A stretch of 64,000 nucleotides of DNA from a bacterium (GCA_965249485.1 OZ252239.1:800001-864000); one strand, 5' to 3'. Positions 1 to 10,787 are shown, counted from the stretch's first letter. The notes: generated by a model from the letters alone, not told the origin. Numbers and translations are program-made.

Positions 1-2
1 GG

Positions 3-403
3 TTAACCCGCGAGACCATGAAAGTTTTCAACCGCAACGGGATCAAAATGGTTGATACGAGCAACTTGTTTGGTGGCCTGATTCAGGCCCCAGTTTTTGT
101 GGTCTCTTCTCGGCAATACGAAATATTATCACTGGAGGCGGTCGATTTGTCTGGATAAAAGATATAGCAAAACCCGACTTTTTGCTGACACTCTGTGTCA
201 CGTCTATAGCAGTATTTGCCGCTTCTCTCAACCCGAATCTTGCTGAACACAACCGGATGCTGCTTATTATGCTACCAGCTGTAGGGACACTCTTTTTTCT
301 CTGGTACAACTCTGCAGGAATCGCTCTCTATTGGGGTACGACAAGTTTTGTTACCATTATTCAAAATGGTATCATCATGCATAAAGCAAAACATACGAAA
401 TAA
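3..403 (+). CDS. YidC/Oxa1-family membrane insertase, 3' part (5'-truncated; frameshift near 100)
   Basis: Frame 3 reads TRETMKVFNRNGI..LIQAPVF; after a shift, frame 2 reads GLFSAIR..F.WIKDIAKPD..SAGIALYW..VTIIQ, which are YidC core motifs. Confidence 0.75.
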
Positions 404-430
404 ACATATATATTATCCAAAATAGTGTTT

Positions 431-467
431 GAGCTCTGCTGTTATTAATGACGGTAGAGCTTTTTTT
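431..467 (+). terminator. Intrinsic terminator after yidC-like gene
   Basis: Hairpin GAGCTCTGCTGTT...GACGGTAGAGCT followed by a T-run. Confidence 0.65.
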
Positions 468-562
468 GTTTGTACCGGTTAAAATATTTTCGTGGAAATT
501 GAACATGTACGTTCGTACATTTATACAAGTGGTTGCAGTAAATATCATGTAATTATATTAAA

Positions 563-906
563 CCCGGAGCGTGGAAAGATGGCCGCGTTTCCCGATTATT
601 TGGGAGATGAGGAAAGTCCGAACTCCACAGGGCAGGATGCCCCGTGAAAACGGGGTCGTTCCGGTTCACCGGAATGCAGGAAAGTGCCGCAGAAAATATA
701 CCGCCCCGTTCCTCGGAATGGGGTAAGGGTGAAAAGGCGAGGTAAGAGCTCACCGCGTTTTCGGTAACGGAAACGGCAGGGTAAACCCCATCCGGAGCGA
801 GACCAAATAGAGGAGAAGAGGCTGCCCGTCTCATTTGACTCCCGGGTAGGTCGCATCAGATAAATGGCCATCCGCGACAGAATTCGGCTTACCGAGCGCT
901 TCGGGT
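563..906 (+). ncRNA. rnpB: RNase P RNA, type A (no P18 or P19)
   Basis: Universal motifs GAGGAAAGTCCG, GGAAAGTGCCGCAGAAA, GGTAAACCCC..GAGC and ACAGAATTCGGCTTA; the ends pair (CCCGGAGCG/CGCTTCGGG). Confidence 0.97.
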
Positions 907-936
907 TTAGTATAATTTATTGTCTTATCAGCCATC

Positions 937-2052
937 ATGAATAATAAATCCTTATTCTCATACATTGTAGCATTATTCGTGCTATTTTTTTGCATATCAT
1001 GCAACCGCGACGTCAATCCCGATACACAACAGAAAATCGATGAATTGTCAGCACAGATGCCCGATCTTATGCGAGGCTATTATGTGTCTGGTGTTAGCGT
1101 GGCGGTTGTCAACAATTTTGAACTCGAATGGACTCAGACTTATGGTGTTACCGATATAATCTCCAACGCACCGGTAACCGACCGGACACTGTTTCAGGCC
1201 TCTTCCGTTAGTCAGAGTTTCACCGCTATGGCGGTGTTAAAACTTGTGCAAGACGGAAAACTTGACCTTAACACCGCTATCAATGAATATCTTGAGTCGT
1301 GGTCGGTTCCGGTAAGTAGCACAGGAACAATGCCCCGTCTCTCTCTGAAAAGCCTGTTAAGCAGGTCACTTGGCGCCTCAAGTAAAAAGGTAAAGGGTTA
1401 TGTGTTGACAGAACCGGTTCCTTCTGCTGTTGGATTTCTCGATGCAGCTTACCGGGGTAATCCTGAACAGAATAGCCCACTGATCAACAACAGTTCACTT
1501 GTTGAAGATTATACAATTGTGCAGCTTGTGGTGTCTGATATTTCCAAGAATCCGTTTCACTCGTTCATGCGTTCAACAATCCTCTCTCCTTTACGGATGG
1601 ACTATTCCACGTTTGATCAACCACTACCCGAAAGTCTTCTACAGTTTGCCGCTCTGGGTCATTATGAAAACGGTTCCCTGCTTGAGGAGGGGATGAATGT
1701 ATTTCCACATACCGCTGCAGCCGGTCTCTGGACGACACCGCACGATCTCTCCCGGTTCATCATCGAAATTCAGAAAACGATTCGAGGAGAATCGGAACAA
1801 GTTCTTACTCAGGAAATGGTTCAGACTATGCTGACTCCGGCATCGTCAGGAAAATTTGCACTTGGAAATGTCATATCACAAAAAAATGGCGGCAGTTATT
1901 TTGGTCACAGTGGAGCAAATGAAGGGTATACCTGTGAATATTTCGCCTCCCGAGACGGTGGATATGGTGTTGTCGTCATGACAAACGGCGGTAGAGGTGT
2001 CCGACTTGGAAGAGATATTATTCAAAAAATATTCAATCTCTATGAATGGTAA
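937..2052 (+). CDS. Beta-lactamase/serine-hydrolase family lipoprotein with degenerate active site
   Basis: Lipobox-like CISC; motifs TLFQASSVSQ, AAAGLWTTPHDL, FGHSGANEGY and GVVVMTN. Confidence 0.85.
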   Translation: MNNKSLFSYIVALFVLFFCISCNRDVNPDTQQKIDELSAQMPDLMRGYYVSGVSVAVVNNFELEWTQTYGVTDIISNAPVTDRTLFQASSVSQSFTAMAVLKLVQDGKLDLNTAINEYLESWSVPVSSTGTMPRLSLKSLLSRSLGASSKKVKGYVLTEPVPSAVGFLDAAYRGNPEQNSPLINNSSLVEDYTIVQLVVSDISKNPFHSFMRSTILSPLRMDYSTFDQPLPESLLQFAALGHYENGSLLEEGMNVFPHTAAAGLWTTPHDLSRFIIEIQKTIRGESEQVLTQEMVQTMLTPASSGKFALGNVISQKNGGSYFGHSGANEGYTCEYFASRDGGYGVVVMTNGGRGVRLGRDIIQKIFNLYEW

Positions 2053-2083
2053 TAATATGTTTGCAAAAGCGAGGAGCAGCACC

Positions 2084-2811
2084 ATGAATAAGCTAATAAA
2101 TTTCTTTCTATCTATTTTCCTCTGCCTGATTTTTACGGACAATCTCAGTGCACAGTACGGATCAGACATAATAGAAACTTCAGATAGTGATTTGGAAGTT
2201 ACATTTTTGGGACACGGTTCACTTCTGTTTGAGTATGACGGTCTCATAATATATGTTGATCCATCGGGATTACAGAGTACTGAAAATCTCCCGAAAGCAG
2301 ACCTGATACTTATAACTCATGAGCACGGTGATCATTTTCGTCCGGAACTCATTGATGAACTGCGGAATCATTCAGCCATTGTGATTACAAATGAACGATG
2401 TGCTGAACGTGTTGACGGTGCAATGATTATGAAAAATGGTGATACACGTACCATTATGGGACTTTCTATCGAAGCGGTACCGTCATATAATCTTGTGCAT
2501 AAAAATGAGTCGGGTGTGTTTTTCCATCCAAAAGGGCGGGATAATGGTTATGTTATAACTTTCGGTGATACATGAGTTTATTGTGCAGGAGATTCCGAAA
2601 AATGAAGGCGCTCAAGGAAATTGATGTTGCTTTTCTTCCAATGAATCTGCCCTATACAATGACTCCCGAGATGGTTGCAGATGCTGCTCAGAATTTCAAA
2701 CCCTCAATTCTCTATCTCTACCATTACAGAAATGGTGATACGGAAACATTAGAGCAATTGATGGAAAATGTGAAAGGTGTAGAACTTCGTATCAGGAAAA
2801 TGTACAACTAA
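2084..2811 (+). CDS. MBL-fold metallo-hydrolase with signal peptide, interrupted (TGA at 2573, frameshift near 2600)
   Basis: Motifs FLGHGS, ITHEHGDH and GYVITFGDT*VYCAGD, then ALKEIDVAFLPMNLPYTM..YLYHY in another frame; RBS GAGGAG before 2084. Confidence 0.8.
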
Positions 2812-2835
2812 CACGAAGCTATTTGTCAGGTGCTG

Positions 2836-3303
2836 TTAGTAATCCTCATCGGGGATCGTCAGTTCCGAATTGTCTCCCCTCGGCCGAAAGCGGTAAAGCC
2901 AGAATCCGACTATGACAAACCCGATTGCGATCATTATGAATGGCCCTGTCCAGGCGAAAATATTAAAACCTTCGGTTGTCGGTTTGATCAGGATGCGTTC
3001 ACCATATTCCGCAACTAAAGTTGCAGTGATCTCTTCAAACGTTTTTCCTTCGTCAAGCATCGTGCTTATCTCGGTACGCACTTCTCCGGCTATACCGGAC
3101 CGATGCAATCCGACTGCTTCTCTGTAGCAACATGGTGAAACGAATTCCTGCTCAAGCTGTTCCTGAAGAACAAGCTTTGACGGTTTTTCGATATCCTGAA
3201 ATGAATAACCGGGTGAAGTAATTCCGAAAAATAATACAACTATCGCAACTAATATCCGTATAAATATATGGTACATGTAATACCTCTTGTTCGTTTCAGG
3301 CAC
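2836..3303 (-). CDS. CcmH/CycL-like cytochrome c maturation protein
   Basis: Signal peptide, SPCC in place of LRCxxC, EI..ML.EGKT..EI...LV.EYGERIL..P, and a C-terminal TM helix (FAWTGP). Confidence 0.8.
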   Translation of the reverse strand: MPETNKRYYMYHIFIRILVAIVVLFFGITSPGYSFQDIEKPSKLVLQEQLEQEFVSPCCYREAVGLHRSGIAGEVRTEISTMLDEGKTFEEITATLVAEYGERILIKPTTEGFNIFAWTGPFIMIAIGFVIVGFWLYRFRPRGDNSELTIPDEDY

Positions 3304-3463
3304 ATACTGTTTCGATTGATTCTGCTAATATACAAAATAATAACACCATGCAAAAGAGAAACACTTCTGGTATCACAGAGAACACTATGATACGCAATAA
3401 AGTTCAATATTCGAATATACCATTGATTTTATTTCCGGCCTGCATTACCTTACGTTCAGGTAT

Positions 3464-4844
3464 ATGATAAAAAAATCGAAAACCCCAGACTTCATCCTGC
3501 CGGGAAAATCATATTTTCTTAAAAATCCCGACGGCTTTGTCTTTACCTATCTCTTTGCCTCCGGGGCATCACAGGATACGTTTGTAACACTCCTAAAAAA
3601 AGATATATCATTCACACCGGTCTCGGTCCAGATCGCACCGATGAAGCACATCCATTCAATGGGGAAATGTATCGTCTCGACGGTGCAATTCCCGTCAGTA
3701 TTTCCAGGCACGTTGGTATCGATTTCACCTTCAAACTCCATTAAAAAATGACTGCTAAAACCGGTATTACTTTTGAGGAACTACTGCATACTATTTGTGA
3801 ATCAATTGCACCCAATCTGTCGAAACTTATCGATACATCAATTCCGCCACTCTCAATATCAAGTAAATATGCCGACACGTCTAAATATCCAGTCAGTGAG
3901 CCGGAAAACTGCCTCTGGATAAAAAATCACTGGGAAATAGCCGATGGGGGAAACTTCATTTCCCTGCAATGTATATCACATACTCTGCTTTCGTCGTTCT
4001 GCACAGCAATGCTTGGCGAAGAGCTATCGGAGCATGTAGATGATCCCGAATCACTTCTTGGTTTAATTCGAAAACTTAATAAGCGGTTTCAAGAGTGGTT
4101 GTTTTCATCCATATCGTTGGAGACGTCGGGCACGGTCGCTCTGGAAAGCGAAAAAAAGACCGACGAAAAACCTGTAAAACTAAACCTTGAAGAACTTCGG
4201 ATTGTGGACGACAGAACAATCAGAGCTATCATAGAAGAGGCTACACGGAATCAACTCCCTTTCAAGACATTTGTCGTATCAATATCTGTGATGAGCGATG
4301 AACTCAGAAAACGGTTTCTTTACAACATGTCGAAGAACCGGCGTGCGGATGTCAGGGATGAATTAAAACGCATCGATCAATCATCCGAAGATGCGATGGA
4401 GGCCCAGAGAGATTTCGCCTGGGTTTTGATCGAGTTAGTAAACAAGAGTGAAATAACCATCGATAAACGTTTGAAAAAACGGCTCACTGCAATTGTTAAC
4501 GCGATGGACGCCACGCTCAGAAAGCGAGCTGAAGAGTATATCAAATCAAATCAATTTGGAGAATCGATTGCAGCCGTTAATTATGTCCTGCTCCAGCTAT
4601 TGCTCAGGCGTGTACCAAAAAACTGCTAATTTCGGCACTCTCGATGGTCCGGGAGGAAACATTCAAAAAAATTGAAAGAAATATGACGCCTGTCTCTCTC
4701 GAACTTCTGCAGGAAGATGTAGATCACTGGAACCGGGCGGTTCAGGACGAAACGCAAAAAGTAACCGCAACCGCTTCCGCTCAAAAAACAATGATCAGAA
4801 CCGCAATAAAACTCAAGAAAGAATTCTCCCGCGGTGTGATTTGA
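3464..4844 (+). CDS. CheC-like N-terminus plus two FliG C-terminal-like domains (joined across A-run frameshifts at ~3745 and ~4620)
   Basis: DDRTIRAII..LRKRFLYNMSKNRRADVRDEL..EAQ and LQLLLRRVPKKLLISAL..FKKIERNMT..LLQED..SAQ both resemble FliG_C; adding one A in each run fuses the three ORFs. Confidence 0.6.
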
Positions 4845-5330
4845 TATCAAATGGGTTTAATAAGATATGATTTCACAGCCAATTCCTCTACCACATTAAT
4901 CATCCTTAGAAGATTCCATGCTTGTTTAAGCGCCTGCTCAGATTATAATATAGCGAACAGGAGCCAATAAATGTTACAGAATGTCATGTTGAGCGACGTG
5001 ACAATTTATGGCTACATTACTTCAGCAGTGATTCTTTCAATTCCTCACAAATACATCATGGTGCATACATTTAATCATGTTTGTTGAATTCTGGTCAATT
5101 ATAAAAATTATACGGAATAAATATTCTGCACTTTTGTTTCATAAATAGAAAGATTTTGTACAAAATGTTGTTAAAAATCAAAAGGTTACCGATACTTAAA
5201 ATAGAGGGACATTTTTTATTGTGAAGATGTATACTTCTTGGTATGGTAGTTGCCTTTTCCGTCAGTAAAGATCGTGATGTTTTAATTTTAGTACTTTAGG
5301 TTTTATGAATCACTTGATTTTGGGGGAATT

Positions 5331-5453
5331 ATGACGTACTACCAAAAAAGAGTCTATTACTTAAAGACTCGGATTAAAAATGGTATAATCGGATTTGTCA
5401 GTTTGACTGTCTTCTTTCTCATAATGATGCTGTTATTCAACCGGGTTACCTGA
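5331..5453 (+). CDS. Small single-TM protein (40 aa)
   Basis: MTYYQKRVYYLKTRIKNGIIGFVSLTVFFLIMMLLFNRVT, with a GGGGGA RBS upstream. Confidence 0.5.
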   Translation: MTYYQKRVYYLKTRIKNGIIGFVSLTVFFLIMMLLFNRVT

Positions 5454-5951
5454 TGTTGTCATATTTATTCCGTATTTCTTAGAAAATCCTGTATTTTAAG
5501 ATTAATTCGTTTTTTCATCGTTAGAATTCAGAATAATCCTACCAAAGAATTTACTTTCATTAACGTGTTATCAATTCATTCTCCGTAAGTTTATAGATCC
5601 TTTATGATTAATTCATCTGGAGTCATTTCCAATCATTATCCTCAAACAGAATATCACTATCCTGATCGGGATGTTCTTTGTGTTCATGAAACCATTGGTC
5701 AGAATATCGAATTGAATTCCTTTTGGAAAGGCAGTGCATACAAATTCCCTTTCCCTTTTTCAATTGACTTTGCTCCTGCCATTAAATATATTTTTGACAC
5801 TTTATATTCTGAACCAAAACAACACTGAATGGATCGGTTAACCGGAGTTTCAATATTATTTAAAACAAAGCGCAGAAAACTTAATATAATTAACTGAGTT
5901 TTGCTACTATAACCTGATATTTTTCATTATCATTACTATCCTTTAACCACT

Positions 5952-6971
5952 ATGAAAACGTCATTGATACCTGAACAAATCTGGGGACAGCTTGAATCGG
6001 TTATCCAAGACAACACATCATTCACCATCACGTCACATGTCAATCCGGATGGAGATGCCGTCGGATCGGAACTTGCACTCTATAACTTTCTGACAAAAAA
6101 GCGTAAAAGAGTCAGAATAATAAATTGTAACTCTCTTCCGGTAGTCTATCACTTTCTCACAGAATCTCAGGAACTGTATCGTGAATTTTCAGAAGCAGAT
6201 AACGACTGGATAAACGGATGTGATGTCATTTTTATACTCGATATCAGCAATAAAGACCGACTGAGCTGAATGCAGCCGATTATATCGGGGAGTCCGGCTT
6301 ACAAAATCTGCATTGACCATCATGAGGACAACAATCTTGATGCCGAATTAAAAATCACCTCCGAATCGGCGAGTGCTACTGCTGTGTTAATATATGATCT
6401 GTTAATAAACTTGAAAGCTGCCATCGACCAGGAGACGGCAATGGCACTTTACGTCGGAATATTGACCGACACAAATTCATTTTCCGAGCCGAATACAACA
6501 TCCCGGGCGCATGAAGTTGCCTCCGAATTGATGCAGTACGGTATCCGGTCTGAGGAGATATACCGGAAAATATTTCACATCAACAGCTGGAATCGAACAG
6601 AATTATTTAAAGATACACTTGCAACGTTGTCGAGCAGCTGCGGAGGGAAGCTCGCATGGATGAAAATAACCAGAGAAATGGTTGAAAAGAGTGGAGCGCT
6701 CCGTGAGGAAATCGAGGGATTCGTGGACTATCCGCTCACCATTGACGGAGTGCAGATTGCCATTCTATTTCTTGAAATTCCGGGAACGGGTACAAAAATC
6801 AGTCTCCGGGCAATAAACTCACTCAATGTTCACGAGCTCACCCAAAGGTTCGGGGGAGGTGGTCACCGTCATGCTGCGGGGATTCGGCTTTACGAAGTAT
6901 CTATTGACAAAGCGATAACACAGGTACTTGATGAAGCATGTCGCTACTTTAACAGTCAGAAAAGTCAATAG
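5952..6971 (+). CDS. nrnA: DHH/DHHA1 nanoRNase/pAp phosphatase (in-frame TGA at 6267-6269)
   Basis: Motifs HVNPDGDAVGS, CIDHH, GILTDT, KISLR and FGGGGHRHAAG; the two ORFs share one frame. Confidence 0.85.
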
Positions 6972-7048
6972 TAATAAATTTAAAACCGGTCTGTGTCGTA
7001 ATAAACCCCGGGTGCTTGTATCGGTCCCGGTGTCAACAGGAGCTCACT

Positions 7049-7969
7049 ATGGACATATCGGATGTCATAGCGAAGTACCGGGATTTACTCGAAAAAAAAA
7101 GTAATCAGACACGCAACACCCGCAGGGCAAAATTGTCTGATCTGAACCATTTTGGCAGGTTCTTTGAGGAGAGGGAATTAGAATCTGTCACCGAACATGA
7201 TGTCCGAGATTATTTTGATACACTTCGGGAAGAAGCTCACTATTCAATTTCCACAATCGTTAGAATATGGTCGACCGTCCGGACATTCTTTGATTTTTGT
7301 GTTGAGGAGAAAATTTGCGGAAATAATCCTACTGCGGGGATTAAAGCGCCGCCCAGGCCGGAACCTCGAGTACCGGAAATCCTAACAAAAGGGGAGCTGC
7401 GAAGACTGCTTGCCGCTCCGCAGAAAGAACAAAAAAAACTCGAATTACGAAAGAAGAAACAGGCGGGTGACGACAATGCCCGTATCGATGAACAGATATA
7501 TAACTCAGTGCGGAACCATGCGCTCGTTGAACTCCTTTTTGCATCGGGAATGCGTCCTGGGGAAATAGTGAAAGTCAAGCAACACGACATAAATCTCGGT
7601 GCGCGTACTGTTACCATATATAATCATAAAGGTATAGCACGTATAGGCTATTTCCCATCAGAGGATGTGTGCCGAATAATGCATCACTATATAAAAAGGA
7701 CGTTGGAACAGCAGAAAAACCAAGTTGATGATTCGAAAAAATTGCCACCTCCAGAAGAAATGGTACGAGATTACCCGCTCTTCACCTATAAAAACGGATC
7801 ATCTTTGTCGGAAGACGTTGTCAGAAAAATAGTTCACCGGTATGCTGAACTAGCGGGCATAAAAAAGACGGTTACCCCCTTTACCTTGCGCCATACAATG
7901 GCTGTGATTTTGAGAAAGTCTGGCACCGATGACCACGCTGTCAATAGACTGCTCGGAATTGTATCATAA
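7049..7969 (+). CDS. XerC/D-like tyrosine recombinase lacking the C-terminal His/Tyr
   Basis: N-terminal SAM-like domain (STIVRIWSTVRTFFDF..NP), RN.ALVELLFASGMRPGE and TPFTLRHT; ends LLGIVS*; RBS AGGAG. Confidence 0.85.
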   Translation: MDISDVIAKYRDLLEKKSNQTRNTRRAKLSDLNHFGRFFEERELESVTEHDVRDYFDTLREEAHYSISTIVRIWSTVRTFFDFCVEEKICGNNPTAGIKAPPRPEPRVPEILTKGELRRLLAAPQKEQKKLELRKKKQAGDDNARIDEQIYNSVRNHALVELLFASGMRPGEIVKVKQHDINLGARTVTIYNHKGIARIGYFPSEDVCRIMHHYIKRTLEQQKNQVDDSKKLPPPEEMVRDYPLFTYKNGSSLSEDVVRKIVHRYAELAGIKKTVTPFTLRHTMAVILRKSGTDDHAVNRLLGIVS

Positions 7970-8008
7970 AACCACAAAGAGTTAATACTCCCGTAATCAT
8001 GCATAATA

Positions 8009-8740
8009 ATGAATGAGAATAAACTAAAAGATACCGGTGAACGGATGATCCAGCCCGGAAAGGATGAGGTCAGTTTTGTCTTTGCACGGCACCAGTTTGC
8101 ATACGAATACGCAGCTCAGTATGTTGCGGGGAAAACTGTACTCGATGTAGGATGTGGGACGGGATACGGCTGTGAACTGTTCAGCAGCACAGCAGCATTT
8201 GTATGTGGTATTGATAAAGACCGGTCGGCCGCTTTATACAGCAGCAAACAATATGGCAATGATCACGCAGCTTTTTGCTGTATGGATGCTTCCGGATTGG
8301 CAGTAAAAAGGCAATTTGACGTTACAGTATCGTTTCAGGTTATTGAACATGTCAATGACTTCGGGATATATATAAGAGAACTCAAACGAATTACGAAAAG
8401 AGACGGTTTGATACTAATCAGTACACCGAATGTCATAAAACCGTCGAATAAAACAGAGAAAAATCCGTTTCACACGATCGAGTTTAATTTTCAAACGTTC
8501 AGCGATCTGATCAACACCCATTTTTCATCATATTCTTTATCAGGTGTTGTTTATTCGGATAATAACATTCTGAGAACAATCATAGATACCTTTCCGATTT
8601 ATAGATTGGGAAAATGGCTCAATCGGAAGAGTGCAGTTAAAAAATATGCGGATAAAACACTCAAATTAACGCGGTTTGCAATGTCGAAATCACAGCCTGG
8701 AAAATTTCATGATCTCTTTGCGATGTGCGAAAACCGCTGA
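8009..8740 (+). CDS. Class I SAM-dependent methyltransferase
   Basis: Motifs TGER, VLDVGCGTGYG, FQVIEH and ISTPN..NPFH. Confidence 0.9.
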   Translation: MNENKLKDTGERMIQPGKDEVSFVFARHQFAYEYAAQYVAGKTVLDVGCGTGYGCELFSSTAAFVCGIDKDRSAALYSSKQYGNDHAAFCCMDASGLAVKRQFDVTVSFQVIEHVNDFGIYIRELKRITKRDGLILISTPNVIKPSNKTEKNPFHTIEFNFQTFSDLINTHFSSYSLSGVVYSDNNILRTIIDTFPIYRLGKWLNRKSAVKKYADKTLKLTRFAMSKSQPGKFHDLFAMCENR

Positions 8741-8958
8741 TTGTTGAGTCTGAGACACACAGACTGCCAATCAGGCTTGAACATTATGAGCCTGAGAATG
8801 CTACGTTTTTACTTGCGAAATAATCATCGAGTTAGTACTTTACTATTTAAAGCATTGAAATTAAAACGGTTAGCACTAAATGTGGCGCCGGACTGATTGC
8901 TGATGATGAAGTAATTTTCGATCTGTACAACTTGTCAATTGTGCAGTGGAAAGAACTC

Positions 8959-9647
8959 ATGAACATAGAGTTTTGCGGACATTCCTGTTTTCTCTTGAGT
9001 GAGGGAAGACATTCGGTTATCATCGACCCATTTTTGTCCGGAAATCCAGTAGCAGTGCGAAAACCGGAAGAGGTCAGCGTTGAGGCTGTTCTGCTGACAC
9101 ATGGCCACGGCGATCATATTGGCGATGCCATAGCAATTGCACAGAGAAACAATGCAACGATTATAGCACCATACGAACTTGCGACGTACAGCGAAAAAAA
9201 AGGAGCGCAAGTTCATCCGATGCATATAGGTGGTGGGCATGATTTTCCGTTCTGTCGGGTGAAACTGACGCAGGCATGGCACGGATCTGCTGTATTTGGT
9301 GACGGTGATATTCCAATTTACACGGGAAATCCGTGCGGAGTTATCCTGTGACTATGGGCAGCACAACAGTCTATCATGCAGGAGATACAGGATTATTCGG
9401 AGATATGAAACTGATTGGCGACAGGAACGAAATCGATTGTGCAATTCTGCCGATTGGTGACAATTTTACGATGGGAATCGATGATGCGCTTTACGCGCTT
9501 TAATTATTACAACCGAAAAAAGTGATTCCTATGCATTATGACACGTTTCCGGTCATTGAAGTCGAGGTAAGTGATTTTACGGATGGGGCGAAGCAGAAGG
9601 GATATGATTGTATCGTGCTGAAACCGGGCGAGTCAACAGCACTCTGA
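8959..9647 (+). CDS. UPF0173-like MBL-fold metal-dependent hydrolase (frameshift near 9349)
   Basis: [14 protein letters not shown] and LTHGHGDH; after the shift, [23 protein letters not shown] and IPMHYDTFP. Confidence 0.9.
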
Positions 9648-9830
9648 CATTCTATGCTGTAGCGTAGTATTGTTCGTTCACGTTTTATAAAACATCTATC
9701 AATCCGTGGTAATGGTAATGCAAACACATAAGATTTTTCAATAAGGTCATTGCGTCTTCATGACCTTTTTGCATTTTTGAGAGGGCAATGTGTTGACATT
9801 ATTCCCGTGATTTCTGAAGAAAAGACTGTT

Positions 9831-10787
9831 ATGAACCGAGAGGAACAATACAATGATTTGATGAATCTGTTTCCCGGTCTGATCCTGAGGGATGAGCCGA
9901 TGAGCAATCATACAACATTGCGTATCGGTGGTACAGCCGATCTCTATTGCGAAATCCAGTTGCCGAGCAAGCTCATTCCGGTATTGCAGGCAGCACAAGA
10001 ACGTTCGATTCCGGTTTTCTTACTGGGCAGCGGCAGTAACATCCTCATTGACGATGCAGGATTCAGGGGATTAATAATAAAATTTATAAATACCGATCCG
10101 CCTCGTCTCGATTTTCCCCATGTGACAGTCCCGGCTGGAAGTTCTTTGAAGGATCTGCTGGAATTTGCGGCAAAAAACGCTTTGAGCGGACTTGAGTTTC
10201 TTGCGGGAATTCCCGGAACGCTCGGTGGTGCGCTCTACATGAATGCCGGTGCCTATGGGATGACAATCGGAGAATTATGTGTCAGTGCAGAGATTATCGA
10301 TGACAATATGGAAATTAAAACTGTCGATGTAGATTTTTTTCAATTCCGGTACCGGGGGTCTGTTCTGCAAGAGAAACCTTCTACGGTAGTGTCGGTTGTT
10401 CTTACCGTGAATAGAGGAGATGAACAATCGATTCGTGCCGAATATAGCCGAATATTATCGATCAGAGCAGAAAAACATCCGAGACATGATGTGCCGTGTG
10501 CTGGAAGTTACTTCAAGAATCTCCCGCCGGAAAATCCGGGAGAGCACAGGCGCCCGGCAGGATATTTTTTAGAGCAGGCAGGTGTGAAATCGCTCTCAGT
10601 CGGCGGTGCAGAAGTCTATAGCGGGCATGCAAACATTATTATTAATACCGGAGGTGCAACAGCACGAGACATTATAGAATTGGCTCGCAAGATGAAACAG
10701 GCTGTTTTGGAGAAATTCAATATTGTACTTGAAGAGGAAGTTAAATATCTCAGTTCAGTTAAGGGCATTGGTCGTGCAGATGATTGA
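9831..10787 (+). CDS. murB: UDP-N-acetylenolpyruvoylglucosamine reductase
   Basis: Motifs HTTLRIGG, GSGSNIL, GLEFLAGIPGTLGGALYMNAGAYG, AGSYFKN, HAN and LEEEV. Confidence 0.95.
   Translation: MNREEQYNDLMNLFPGLILRDEPMSNHTTLRIGGTADLYCEIQLPSKLIPVLQAAQERSIPVFLLGSGSNILIDDAGFRGLIIKFINTDPPRLDFPHVTVPAGSSLKDLLEFAAKNALSGLEFLAGIPGTLGGALYMNAGAYGMTIGELCVSAEIIDDNMEIKTVDVDFFQFRYRGSVLQEKPSTVVSVVLTVNRGDEQSIRAEYSRILSIRAEKHPRHDVPCAGSYFKNLPPENPGEHRRPAGYFLEQAGVKSLSVGGAEVYSGHANIIINTGGATARDIIELARKMKQAVLEKFNIVLEEEVKYLSSVKGIGRADD

Noticed and set aside
553..1016. Minus-strand ORFs over rnpB
   Set aside because: Shadow ORFs antisense to the RNase P RNA.
2573..6269. TGA recoding (selenocysteine or alternative code) at 2573 and 6267
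   Set aside because: Neither position is a conserved Cys, Trp or Gly site, I see no convincing SECIS, and TGA is a normal stop for many genes here (8740, 10787, 32821, 50960, 53102).
7049..7969. Xer-like gene as the integrase of the tRNA-Glu island
   Set aside because: It lies about 18 kb outside the borders and lacks the catalytic Tyr.
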